In this document: positions 18,648 through 27,537 of the stretch, in pieces
Layout of the letters: every line of letters begins with the position of its first letter
How positions within the stretch are numbered: position 1 is the first letter of the stretch
Assembly: GCA_945860325.1 (NCBI GenBank)
Contig: CAMARL010000001.1
Span: 1-41,585, forward strand
DNA length: 41,585 nt
Direction of reading: 5' to 3'
DNA from: Spirosoma fluviale
GTDB taxonomy: Bacteria; Bacteroidota; Bacteroidia; Cytophagales; Spirosomataceae
The notes under the pieces: generated by a model
What the model saw: the letters and a program-made list of their open reading frames with translations, nothing else
Told to the model about the DNA's origin: nothing
The model's database searches: none
Translations under genes and position numbers: made by a program

Positions 18648-19406
18648 ATGGCGACTTCTTCTCTTTATGGCTTAATTGGTTATCCTCTCGGGCACTCATT
18701 TTCTAAAAAGTATTTTACTGAAAAATTTCAATTGCTAGGGCTATCCCAATCGCATGCGTATGAACAATTTCCCATCGCTTCGATCGACGAATTTCCTGGC
18801 TTATTGGCCCAGCATAAATCCACATTAAAGGGTTTAAATGTAACGATCCCTTATAAACAACTCGTCATGCCATTTTTAAGCGAGATAGATTCTGCCGCTT
18901 TAAAAATTGGTGCCGTCAACACGATTAAAATTTCTTCTAATGGGCATACCATCGGCTATAATTCAGATTATTGGGGTTTTAAAAACACACTTACTTCATG
19001 GACTGCTTTGGCCTATTTTAAATCAAAAAAAGCGTTGGTTTTGGGCCAAGGAGGAGCGGCTAAAGCTATTATTGTTGCATTGGAAGATTTAGGTATTCCT
19101 GTGATCAAAGTTTCCAGAGTGGCTTCCGGCGATGCTATATCCTATGAAGAAATTCCAAGAATTATTTCTGAAATTGGTCTGATCGTGAATACCACACCCC
19201 TAGGAATGTTTCCAAATATAGATAAAAGTCCACCTTTGCCTTACGCGGCTTTGAATGAACAGCATTTTTTATACGATGCCGTTTATAATCCATTAGAAAC
19301 CTTATTTCTTAAAAAAGGAATTGCCGCTCGCGTAGGGGGGACACATACTGGAATTGATATGTTAATCGGCCAGGCAGATAAGGCTTGGGAGATTTGGCAA
19401 TCTTAA
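18648..19406 (+). CDS. aroE: Shikimate dehydrogenase
   Basis: GYPLGHSFS, GLNVTIPYK, IGAVNT, GYNSD, LGQGGAAKA, VNTTPLGM, DAVYNP. Confidence 0.93.
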   Translation: MATSSLYGLIGYPLGHSFSKKYFTEKFQLLGLSQSHAYEQFPIASIDEFPGLLAQHKSTLKGLNVTIPYKQLVMPFLSEIDSAALKIGAVNTIKISSNGHTIGYNSDYWGFKNTLTSWTALAYFKSKKALVLGQGGAAKAIIVALEDLGIPVIKVSRVASGDAISYEEIPRIISEIGLIVNTTPLGMFPNIDKSPPLPYAALNEQHFLYDAVYNPLETLFLKKGIAARVGGTHTGIDMLIGQADKAWEIWQS

Positions 19407-19906
19407 TGCAAATAGACGCCTCTTTTTTTCGCATCTGAAATAATTACCTCGACATGCTCGGATAGGGTAGTAGACAATTCGTATCCTTTGTAATCAGCGG
19501 AAATCGGAAATTTTCTGTAATTGCGATCAACCAAAACAGCTACTTGAATTTTTTTGACCGGGATACTTAAAAAAGGAGCTAAGGAATAAGAAAAAGTTCG
19601 ACCTGTGTTTAATACATCGTCCACGACCACGATTACTTTGTTTTCAAATAGGTCTAAAGAACAATCGAAACTGACAGGTTTTTCATAAGGGATTTCTTTG
19701 TTCAAATGAATTTCCACGGCCTTAGCTTGAAGCTTTGAGATTTCCTGAATATGAGCACAAAGCATTTTAGCTAAGGCAAAGCCCTCGCCTATAACGCCGG
19801 CAATAATAATTTCTTTTTCTTCAAAGTTATTTTCATAAATCTGAAACGAAATTCGTCTGATTTTTTGAAGCAATGAAGGTCCGTCTAAGATTTGTTTTAC
19901 CGACAT
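19403..19906 (-). CDS. Phosphoribosyltransferase family protein (PyrR-like)
   Basis: PRPP-binding motif VVVDDVLNTGRT and AVLVDR...FPISADY; ATG 19906 preferred. Confidence 0.85.
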   Translation of the reverse strand: MSVKQILDGPSLLQKIRRISFQIYENNFEEKEIIIAGVIGEGFALAKMLCAHIQEISKLQAKAVEIHLNKEIPYEKPVSFDCSLDLFENKVIVVVDDVLNTGRTFSYSLAPFLSIPVKKIQVAVLVDRNYRKFPISADYKGYELSTTLSEHVEVIISDAKKRGVYLH

Positions 19907-19998
19907 ATTTGGTTGTTGCACTAAAATAGCGCTTAAAATTACCAAAATTATCCAAATTTCGTACCTTTACGCTTTATTTAGCAGTTAAATTATTTTAT

Positions 19999-20547
19999 AT
20001 GGCCAAAATGTATGGGTCGCAACAGCGCCAACAAATGCAAGCTCCTTCCAATCCATTAGCGATTAAAACGAAGAAATACGGGTTAGAAAAAAACAAATAC
20101 ATTGGACTTTGTATGCGCCAATTGGTTGCCAATCAGTGGAAATGGTCATTTATTCCTTTGGTTTTGATTCTTGCTAATGTGGCTTTAAATCTTTCAGGCA
20201 CCTATAAAAACTATTGGATTTATATATTTATTGCCATCGGAACCGTCGGATATATTTTATTTTGGTTGATTCAATTTACAGGAATCACACAATTGGCTCA
20301 GTATAAACAGCTTTTCGACAAGTACCGATATGAAATCGATTCTCGTCAAATTTTTATGAAAATTTCCGATAAGGAAGGGGGAATGCTGAAATGGGATATG
20401 ATTTTAAAAGCATATAAGGATAAGCAATCTTATGTGCTTGAAATGGGAAAATTTCAATTTATGTATTTGCCATTTTCGATCTTCAATAATGAAAACGACA
20501 AAAAATTGATGGATAAAATCCTTCGCGATAAAGGATATATTCAATAA
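19999..20547 (+). CDS. Two-TM membrane protein, probable YcxB family
   Basis: Two TM helices followed by a soluble domain (YEIDSRQI, LKWDMILKA, FMYLPF). Confidence 0.65.
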   Translation: MAKMYGSQQRQQMQAPSNPLAIKTKKYGLEKNKYIGLCMRQLVANQWKWSFIPLVLILANVALNLSGTYKNYWIYIFIAIGTVGYILFWLIQFTGITQLAQYKQLFDKYRYEIDSRQIFMKISDKEGGMLKWDMILKAYKDKQSYVLEMGKFQFMYLPFSIFNNENDKKLMDKILRDKGYIQ

Positions 20548-20552
20548 ATTTT

Positions 20553-20966
20553 ATGGGCAGAATCTTAGCCATTGATTTTGGTTTGAAACGCACAGGTTTA
20601 GCTGTGACGGATTCATTGAAAATTATTGCCAATGGCCTAGAAACAGTTCCAACACACACCCTACTCTCATTTTTAGATAGTTATTTCAAAAAAGAGGCCG
20701 TTGACGAGGTGGTCATCGGCATGCCGAAAAACTTAGATAATTCAGATACGGACTCGACCGCTGGTGTGCGAATTTTCATTAAAAGCTTCAAAAAGAAATT
20801 TCCTGAAGTACCCCTGCACGAGCATGATGAAAGGTTCACCTCAAAATTAGCGATGCAAGCCATGATCGCTGGTGGAATGTCTAAAAAAGACCGGAGAGAA
20901 AAAGGGAATATAGACCGCGTTTCGGCAACCATCATTTTGCAATCCTATATGGAAGCATCGCAATAG
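20553..20966 (+). CDS. ruvX: YqgF/RuvX putative pre-16S rRNA nuclease
   Basis: ILAIDFGLKRTGLAVTD, VIGMP, DERFTS, IDRVSATIILQSY. Confidence 0.95.
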   Translation: MGRILAIDFGLKRTGLAVTDSLKIIANGLETVPTHTLLSFLDSYFKKEAVDEVVIGMPKNLDNSDTDSTAGVRIFIKSFKKKFPEVPLHEHDERFTSKLAMQAMIAGGMSKKDRREKGNIDRVSATIILQSYMEASQ

Positions 20967-20974
20967 ATTCGCTT

Positions 20975-21802
20975 TTATTTGGTCACTACTTTGGCAAAGC
21001 GATGGTAAAATGGAGTCTTGCTAGTAGAATTTTTAGGCTTGAATTTCCCTGTTATAATCGGCACATACATCACTCTTCGTCTAGATTTTTCTCCAAAATT
21101 GGGAGATACTTCTACTCGATGCCATAACCTTCCATCATGAATGGTTAAGTCACCTCGCTCGATTTCAAATGCAGCTTCTCTCGGGTCTGAACGATGATCG
21201 ATAAATTGTTTTTTGCCGAAAAGCAATTTCAAGACACTTTGGTTTTGGGTTCCAGGCAACACTCTTAATCCTCCATTAGATGAAGGACAATGATCTAAAT
21301 GGATACCTACATTAAGCATAGGTAATATTTTTTGGCCCAAAAATAAATCACGAGGGCTATCGGTATGCCAGCCCATTTGTGTGAATTTGGAATTAGGTTG
21401 ATTTACATAGTGGTTGAACACCAAGCCATCTTTTTCATCTTCCGAAATTCGACCTTCGTATGGGGCTAGGAACTCAGTTAAAATACTTAATCGTGGATCT
21501 TTTAAAAATTCTTGCAATACATTGCTGTATTTATTTGTAAAGCACATGCGTTGAATCATGTCTTTTCCCTCCGGGTCTTTCCCAAATTTTAATGGAATTC
21601 CATTGATTTTTTGGACCCCTTCTTCAAGCCATTTTGATTCAATATTGGCTAATTGATCAATAAACACCAAGGCAGTTTCAGAAGAAATAAAATTCTTAAA
21701 TTGAATCACCCCATATTTTTTGAAATAATCTTTTTGCTCTTGAGTAATTTCTGACCCAAGGGTGAAAGTTTTATATTCAAATTTTATAATTGGTTTTTTC
21801 AT
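20975..21802 (-). CDS. Phytanoyl-CoA dioxygenase (PhyH) family Fe(II)/2-oxoglutarate oxygenase
   Basis: HxD (GWHTD), NGGLRVLPG, GDLTIHDGRLWH distal His, SRRRV; ATG 21802 preferred over TTG 21829. Confidence 0.85.
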   Translation of the reverse strand: MKKPIIKFEYKTFTLGSEITQEQKDYFKKYGVIQFKNFISSETALVFIDQLANIESKWLEEGVQKINGIPLKFGKDPEGKDMIQRMCFTNKYSNVLQEFLKDPRLSILTEFLAPYEGRISEDEKDGLVFNHYVNQPNSKFTQMGWHTDSPRDLFLGQKILPMLNVGIHLDHCPSSNGGLRVLPGTQNQSVLKLLFGKKQFIDHRSDPREAAFEIERGDLTIHDGRLWHRVEVSPNFGEKSRRRVMYVPIITGKFKPKNSTSKTPFYHRFAKVVTK

Positions 21803-21989
21803 ATTTGATCTGCAATGGTTACTAGGCAATACTCAGTCTCAAATTTCTTATTGAATTTTGAACTCGCAATTTATGTATTTGTTGCCGAAAAATTTAAACA
21901 AAATTTAATTTTGTGATAAATATCAGCAATCTGATTCCTAATTGACCATTTAATTTCCGAAATTTAGCTAAAATTTTAAAAATAAAAAC

Positions 21990-22817
21990 TTGAAATATTT
22001 AATCTTGTTCATCTCAATAAATGCTTTTAGTCAACCCATTCCACATAAAGGTAAATATTTTGTTTATTGGGGCTACAATCGATCAGCTTATTCAAGCTCT
22101 GATATTTCCTTCAAAGGACCCGGATATGACTTTACCTTAAATAAGGTTTCGGCCTCTGATGCCCCGACTGCCTTTGACGGTTTTGAAACTTATTTTAATC
22201 CATCACTCTTTTCAATTCCTCAATTCAATTTGCATGCGGGGTATTTTATTAAGGATAATTTGTCCATAAGCATTGGTTGGGATCACATGAAATATGTGGT
22301 GGATGATTTTCAGAATAGCCATATTACTGGAAATATTTCAAGTCAAGCTTCAAATCCAGGTATTTGGGTAAATCATATTTATGTGAGAAATTTTTCAAAT
22401 TCGCCGATCGTCATTGATCCAACGGATTTTGTTGATTATGAGCATACCGATGGATTTAATTTCGCGGCAGTTGAGTTAGATCATTACGCAACATTGTGGC
22501 GAGCAGGAAAAACGAATATGCAATTGGACTGGGTTAATGGAGTCGGTATGGGTGTGGTGATCCCTCGTTCGGATGTCCACTTATTTACGGTAGGTCAAAA
22601 CAATTTTTGGAATTTGGCCGGGGCTGGTGCATCTATAAAAACGGGTTTAAGATTAAATCTAACCAAGCTATTATTTCTCGAAACGACCTTGAAGGGTGGC
22701 TATACTGATTTGTGGGATGTTCATACAACAGGTCGATCCGTAGATAAAGCTAGTCAGTCCATTTGGTTTGGAGAATGGTTTTGGTTACTTGGATTTAATT
22801 TTGGTAAGACAAAATAA
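21990..22817 (+). CDS. Hypothetical exported protein, probable outer-membrane beta-barrel
   Basis: TTG start, short signal peptide, aromatic/Gly-rich alternating strands (YFVYWGYNRS, IGWDHMKY), terminal LGFNF strand. Confidence 0.7.
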   Translation: MKYLILFISINAFSQPIPHKGKYFVYWGYNRSAYSSSDISFKGPGYDFTLNKVSASDAPTAFDGFETYFNPSLFSIPQFNLHAGYFIKDNLSISIGWDHMKYVVDDFQNSHITGNISSQASNPGIWVNHIYVRNFSNSPIVIDPTDFVDYEHTDGFNFAAVELDHYATLWRAGKTNMQLDWVNGVGMGVVIPRSDVHLFTVGQNNFWNLAGAGASIKTGLRLNLTKLLFLETTLKGGYTDLWDVHTTGRSVDKASQSIWFGEWFWLLGFNFGKTK

Positions 22818-22853
22818 ATTTTTAGTTAAGACTAAAAGTGCGTATGTTTGGCG

Positions 22854-23600
22854 ATGCGATTAATTTGCCTTCTCCTTTTTGTATTGTCTTTTTTGGCCGT
22901 TCGAGGCCAACAAACGGGCCGTGTAGAGACCGATCGGCCCGATCAAACAGAATGTCCTTTCATTGTCAAAAAAGGGTATATCCAAGTAGAAATGGGTTTT
23001 AATCGGAATAGTTATGCCGATGGCCTTGAATATTTTTTTCCGACAACCTTGCTTAAAATAGGTTTGTGGAAAAATCTAGAACTGCGATATGTGTCCATCG
23101 CCTCTTCCACCGCTAATATTTCAAGTTTTAAAACAGAGGCCATTGGATTTAAATTGGCCTTATTGGAAGGGAAAAAATGGATTCCAAGAACGTCTATTAT
23201 CACGCATCTTCATTGGGATAATTTAAGTCGTGATGAAAGTGAGCGAAATCCAATCAAACACTCAGTGGGCGATGCGGTATTGACTTTTCAAAATGATTTT
23301 GGTAGGGGATATGGAATTGGCTATAATTTTGGAGCTGAATTTCATTCGAATGGCAGCATGGAAGGAATTTATCGGATTGCTCCCAATATGAACATAGGTC
23401 AAAATGGATATGCCTATGTGGAGGTGTTTGGCCGAGTTCCTTTTTCAGTGAATGTGGATCATTGGGTAGATGGTGGTTTAGCATATTACCTGAATGATAA
23501 TTTCAAGTTAGATATTTCTATCGGAAAAAGCCTATCAAATAAATCAGATTGGTATGGAGCATTAGGTATTTCCTTCCGTTTCAAAGTTTTTAATCCCTAG
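22854..23600 (+). CDS. Outer-membrane beta-barrel 'transporter' (Phenol_MetA_deg-like family)
   Basis: Signal peptide, N-terminal ETDRPDQTE...KGYIQVEMG, terminal GISFRF strand; ATG 22854. Confidence 0.75.
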   Translation: MRLICLLLFVLSFLAVRGQQTGRVETDRPDQTECPFIVKKGYIQVEMGFNRNSYADGLEYFFPTTLLKIGLWKNLELRYVSIASSTANISSFKTEAIGFKLALLEGKKWIPRTSIITHLHWDNLSRDESERNPIKHSVGDAVLTFQNDFGRGYGIGYNFGAEFHSNGSMEGIYRIAPNMNIGQNGYAYVEVFGRVPFSVNVDHWVDGGLAYYLNDNFKLDISIGKSLSNKSDWYGALGISFRFKVFNP

Positions 23601-23638
23601 AATATCTTCTCCCGTGACAAATTATGTAAATTGCGAGA

Positions 23639-25054
23639 ATGAAAAAATTAGGACCTGTTTTTCATATCGTTTTTGTTATGTTAACGCTAGCATTTTCCGC
23701 TATGGGTCAGACTCCTACGAGCGTGATTACACAAATTGGTTCGAAGTCCATTTCTCAAGACGAAAATTTCATTCTTTCATTTACGTTGACCAGCGCTGAA
23801 AATGCTTCGGTATCATTGCCAACCTATAAGTTTCCCGAGCTTTTGAATTTCAAAAAACAAGGCGTAAGTCGGGCTAAGGCATCTCAATCCATTAATGGCC
23901 AGATGGTAAATTCGTATACTTTTTCTCAATATTATCAGCCTGATAACGCAGGCAATTTTGAAATAAATAATGAATTTATAGAGGTGGGAAATCAGACGTA
24001 TAGGATCGAGTCTTTTACGATTGTCGTCAGCCCCGCGGTTGACACGGAGGAATTTACAGAGGAACTTTTGCCGAGTGAGTTAATGCTGAGCGCAAACGAA
24101 CCGTTTTTTGTGATTACCTCGAATATACTAAAGCCATTTGTTGGCCAAGGATTCACCTTGAAAATGTCGTTTTTTGTACCGGAAAATACTACGCAGGAAT
24201 TCGAATTTGATCGAAATGACCTTCAGATTCCCGCCTTAATTTCTAAAATGAAACCGAAGTTTTGTTGGGAAGAAAATTTTGGAATTACTACGGAGCAAAT
24301 TGTCAAGGTGTCCATTAATAAAAAGAAATATACGGAATATCGGTTTTTTCAAGCCACATATTTTGCTTTGCAAAATCAAAAAATTCAGATACCTGCACTG
24401 AAATTAAGAGTCATTTCTCTTACTAGAAAAGGATTAGAAGCCATTAAAAAACCTATTTATTTTACTTCGGCTCCTATTGAAATTAAGCTTAGAGATTTGC
24501 CACATCACCCGTTAAGTGGAAAGGTTCCTGTAGGAAATTTCCAATTGAAAGAAAATATTTCGTCGTCAATTTCCAAGACGGGGCGGCCCATTATGTTTAC
24601 AGCTATTTTATTAGGAGATGGAAATGGAGTTTTGTGGAATTACAAATCTCCGGAGTCTGATTATTTCATCAATTTTGTGCCAATTTCAGTTCAAACGACT
24701 GTGGCACCGTTCCAAGAAAAAATGTTTGGTAATAAAACCGATAAAATTCAAATTATTCCCAAACAACCAGGTAAATTTGCGCTAAGTCATTATTTTAATT
24801 GGATTTATTTTAATGTAAAAACGGAGCAATTTGACACATTAAGATCCAAAATAGTGTTGGATATAACAGGTAATTCATCTGATCATTTACTTAATACGGG
24901 TCAAACCGAGGATGAAGTTTATCGAGGAATTGAAAACAAAAAGACGTTGGACGTTTCTTGGGCCAGGTGGGTTAATTGGAGTCAATTAGTCAATTTAATA
25001 TTGATATTTTTAGCGATTGTTATTGCTTTCCTTGTTTGGAAAAAGCCAAAATAA
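23639..25054 (+). CDS. BatD-family exported protein with C-terminal TM anchor
   Basis: Signal peptide, repeated Ig-like beta domains, SINGQ, PVGNFQL, GDGN, C-terminal TM plus basic tail. Confidence 0.75.
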   Translation: MKKLGPVFHIVFVMLTLAFSAMGQTPTSVITQIGSKSISQDENFILSFTLTSAENASVSLPTYKFPELLNFKKQGVSRAKASQSINGQMVNSYTFSQYYQPDNAGNFEINNEFIEVGNQTYRIESFTIVVSPAVDTEEFTEELLPSELMLSANEPFFVITSNILKPFVGQGFTLKMSFFVPENTTQEFEFDRNDLQIPALISKMKPKFCWEENFGITTEQIVKVSINKKKYTEYRFFQATYFALQNQKIQIPALKLRVISLTRKGLEAIKKPIYFTSAPIEIKLRDLPHHPLSGKVPVGNFQLKENISSSISKTGRPIMFTAILLGDGNGVLWNYKSPESDYFINFVPISVQTTVAPFQEKMFGNKTDKIQIIPKQPGKFALSHYFNWIYFNVKTEQFDTLRSKIVLDITGNSSDHLLNTGQTEDEVYRGIENKKTLDVSWARWVNWSQLVNLILIFLAIVIAFLVWKKPK

Positions 25055-25060
25055 AAAGAT

Positions 25061-26149
25061 ATGAGTAGTATATACGGAAAATTATTTCAGATTAGTACTT
25101 TCGGGGAATCCCATGGACCTGCTGTGGGAGTTATTGTACAAGGTTGTCCTTCGGGGATTAATTTCGACCTAGATTTTGTGCAATCTGAGTTAGATCGAAG
25201 AAAACCAGGACAGTCGCGCATTACTACACAAAGAAAAGAAGCGGATTCCATCGAAATTTTATCTGGTGTTTTTGAAGGTAAGACGACGGGTACACCTATC
25301 GCCATGCTGGTGTGGAATGGCGATCAGCGATCCAAAGATTATACGCACATCGCAGACCAATTTAGGCCTTCGCATGCAGATTACACCTATTTTGCTAAAT
25401 ATGGTTTGAGGGATTATCGGGGAGGTGGACGTAGTTCAGCCCGTGAGACGGTCGCCCGTGTAGCTGCTGGCGCATTAGCCAAAATGGTTCTAACTCAGCT
25501 AGGGATAAAAATTACTGCCTATGTATCCCAAGTAGGTCATATGAAATTGGAAACGCCGGTGGAGCAGTTGGACTTATCTTTAACCGAATCCAACCCGGTT
25601 CGTTGCCCAGATCCTGATTTAGCTGCAAAAATGTTCACCTACATTGACGACATTAGGAAACAGGGGGATTCTGTCGGCGGTGTCATTTCTGCTTATATCA
25701 CAGGATGCCCAGTGGGATTGGGAGAACCTGTTTTTGATAAACTTCATGCGGAACTAGGTAAGGCGATGTTAAGCATTAATGCCGTAAAAGGATTTGAATA
25801 TGGGAGCGGATTTTCGGGAGTTGAGTTAAGAGGATCACAGCATAATGACATCATTGAAAAACAAGCAGATGGCAGCTTAAGGACTCTGACAAATCATTCA
25901 GGAGGTATCCAAGGAGGAATTTCAAATGGCGAGCCTATTTATTTTAGAGTTGCTTTCAAGCCGGTCGCTACCATTATGCAGGATCAGGACAGTGTAAATG
26001 AGACGGGAGATAAAATTACCGTTTCAGGAAAGGGTAGGCATGATCCCTGTGTGGTTCCTAGGGCGGTTCCCATTGTAGAAGCGATGGCAGCCATCGTTTT
26101 ATTGGATTTTTATTTAAGAAACCAAGTGATTCAGATGGCTCAAAAATGA
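25061..26149 (+). CDS. aroC: Chorismate synthase
   Basis: [53 protein letters not shown]. Confidence 0.97.
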   Translation: MSSIYGKLFQISTFGESHGPAVGVIVQGCPSGINFDLDFVQSELDRRKPGQSRITTQRKEADSIEILSGVFEGKTTGTPIAMLVWNGDQRSKDYTHIADQFRPSHADYTYFAKYGLRDYRGGGRSSARETVARVAAGALAKMVLTQLGIKITAYVSQVGHMKLETPVEQLDLSLTESNPVRCPDPDLAAKMFTYIDDIRKQGDSVGGVISAYITGCPVGLGEPVFDKLHAELGKAMLSINAVKGFEYGSGFSGVELRGSQHNDIIEKQADGSLRTLTNHSGGIQGGISNGEPIYFRVAFKPVATIMQDQDSVNETGDKITVSGKGRHDPCVVPRAVPIVEAMAAIVLLDFYLRNQVIQMAQK

Positions 26150-26586
26150 CAAGAAACGAAGACGCATATTACATGAGTTTAGCGTTGAAACAAGCCGAAC
26201 GCGCCCTAGAAGAAGAAGAAATTCCAGTGGGGGCCGTGGTCGTGTGCCAAGGAAAGATTGTGGCAAAAGCTTATAATCAGACCGAAATGCTGACCGACGT
26301 GACCGCACATGCTGAAATGTTAGCCATTACCTCTGCCGCTCAAACAATCGGGGCCAAATATTTAAAAGATTGCACGCTTTATGTGACACTGGAGCCTTGT
26401 TTGATGTGTGCTGGAGCTATTTATTGGTCTCAGTTAGGCCGACTGGTTTTCGGTGCGTCGGAGGATAAAAGAGGTTTTTTGAGCCAAGGGAAAGATATTT
26501 TACACCCCAAAACGGAGGTGACCGCAGGAATTTTAGCGGATGAATCAGCTCTTCTGTTAAAGGAGTTTTTTTCCATGCGGCGTTAA
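26146..26586 (+). CDS. tadA: tRNA adenosine(34) deaminase-like nucleoside deaminase
   Basis: [24 protein letters not shown]; ATGA overlap with the aroC stop. Confidence 0.85.
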   Translation: MTRNEDAYYMSLALKQAERALEEEEIPVGAVVVCQGKIVAKAYNQTEMLTDVTAHAEMLAITSAAQTIGAKYLKDCTLYVTLEPCLMCAGAIYWSQLGRLVFGASEDKRGFLSQGKDILHPKTEVTAGILADESALLLKEFFSMRR

Positions 26587-26700
26587 AAAAAATGGAGTTT
26601 TAGCATGGTAGGATTATCAATGATTTGTAATTTTATCTTTCAATACGTTTTTTACCTAGGTAGAAATTTTTCTGCCCTTTAAACATAAATCAATATCTAT

Positions 26701-27312
26701 ATGTCTTTTGAACTAGCACCCCTGCCTTATGCAAACAATGCATTAGAGCCCAATTTTGACGCTTTGACGATGGAGATTCACCACGATCGCCATCATAATG
26801 CCTATGTCACAAACTTAAATGCAGCCGTGACAGGTACTCCATTAGAAGGAAAAACCTTGTTGGAATTATTTTCAACGATATCAACGTTAGCGCCTGCCGT
26901 AAGAAATAATGGCGGTGGACATTATAACCACGATTTGTTTTGGAATATTTTATCTCCTACGGGAGGAGGCGAACCTGTTGGCACCTTAGGAAAAGCAATC
27001 GATGCTAAATTTGGTTCATTTGATGCCTTTAAGGAAGAATTCAAAAAAGCATCCATCACTCGCTTTGGTTCAGGCTGGGCTTGGTTAGTGGCCCAAAAAG
27101 ACGGTTCAGTTGCTGTTTCTTCTACGCCCAACCAAGATAATCCTTTGATGGATGTTGCGGATGTAAAAGGGTTCCCTGTGATTGGTTTAGACGTTTGGGA
27201 GCATGCCTATTATTTAAAGTTCCAAAATAAACGCCCGGATTATGTAGACGCATTTTGGAATGTGGTGGATTGGAATAAGGCGGAAGCGCGTTATTTGGAC
27301 GCTCAGAAATAA
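26701..27312 (+). CDS. sodA: Superoxide dismutase, Mn-type signature
   Basis: [36 protein letters not shown]. Confidence 0.93.
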   Translation: MSFELAPLPYANNALEPNFDALTMEIHHDRHHNAYVTNLNAAVTGTPLEGKTLLELFSTISTLAPAVRNNGGGHYNHDLFWNILSPTGGGEPVGTLGKAIDAKFGSFDAFKEEFKKASITRFGSGWAWLVAQKDGSVAVSSTPNQDNPLMDVADVKGFPVIGLDVWEHAYYLKFQNKRPDYVDAFWNVVDWNKAEARYLDAQK

Positions 27313-27319
27313 ATTTTAG

Positions 27320-27350
27320 GGGAGAGATTTTAAATTCTCTCCCTTTTTTT
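27320..27350 (+). terminator. Intrinsic terminator after sodA
   Basis: GGGAGAGA...TCTCTCCC stem followed by T7. Confidence 0.85.
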
Positions 27351-27359
27351 GATTTCAGT

Positions 27360-27390
27360 TTTGCAATATACCTTCCATTTCGTATTTTTG
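27360..27390 (+). promoter_or_regulatory. Bacteroidota promoter for tRNA-His
   Basis: TTTG at 27360-27363 and TATTTTTG at 27383-27390, 19-nt spacer. Confidence 0.75.
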
Positions 27391-27401
27391 CAGTCCTAAA
27401 T

Positions 27402-27479
27402 GGCGGTTGTAGCTCAGTTGGTTAGAGTAGGCGTTTGTGGTGCGCTTGGTCGTGGGTTCGAGTCCCATCATCCGCCCCA
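27402..27479 (+). tRNA. tRNA-His (GTG) with encoded G-1 and CCA
   Basis: Folded by hand: G-1:C73 pair, D arm GCTC-AGTTGGTTA-GAGT, anticodon loop TT-GTG-GT, T loop TTCGAGT, 3' CCA. Confidence 0.95.
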
Positions 27480-27493
27480 TTTTAGAAAATGAG

Positions 27494-27521
27494 AGTCCCG
27501 GTAGCGATGCTGGGACTTTTT
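27494..27521 (+). terminator. Intrinsic terminator after tRNA-His
   Basis: AGTCCCGGTA-GCGA-TGCTGGGACT stem with a GNRA loop and a short T tract. Confidence 0.75.
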
Positions 27522-27537
27522 CATTAAACTTGTAGAT

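Noticed and set aside
23614-23799. 61-aa ORF overlapping the batD start
   Set aside because: GTG start, out-of-frame overlap with batD, and it spans the likely batD promoter motif
27402-27537. tRNA-His as an integration site
   Set aside because: No integrase, no duplicated tRNA 3' end seen, and flanking genes look native
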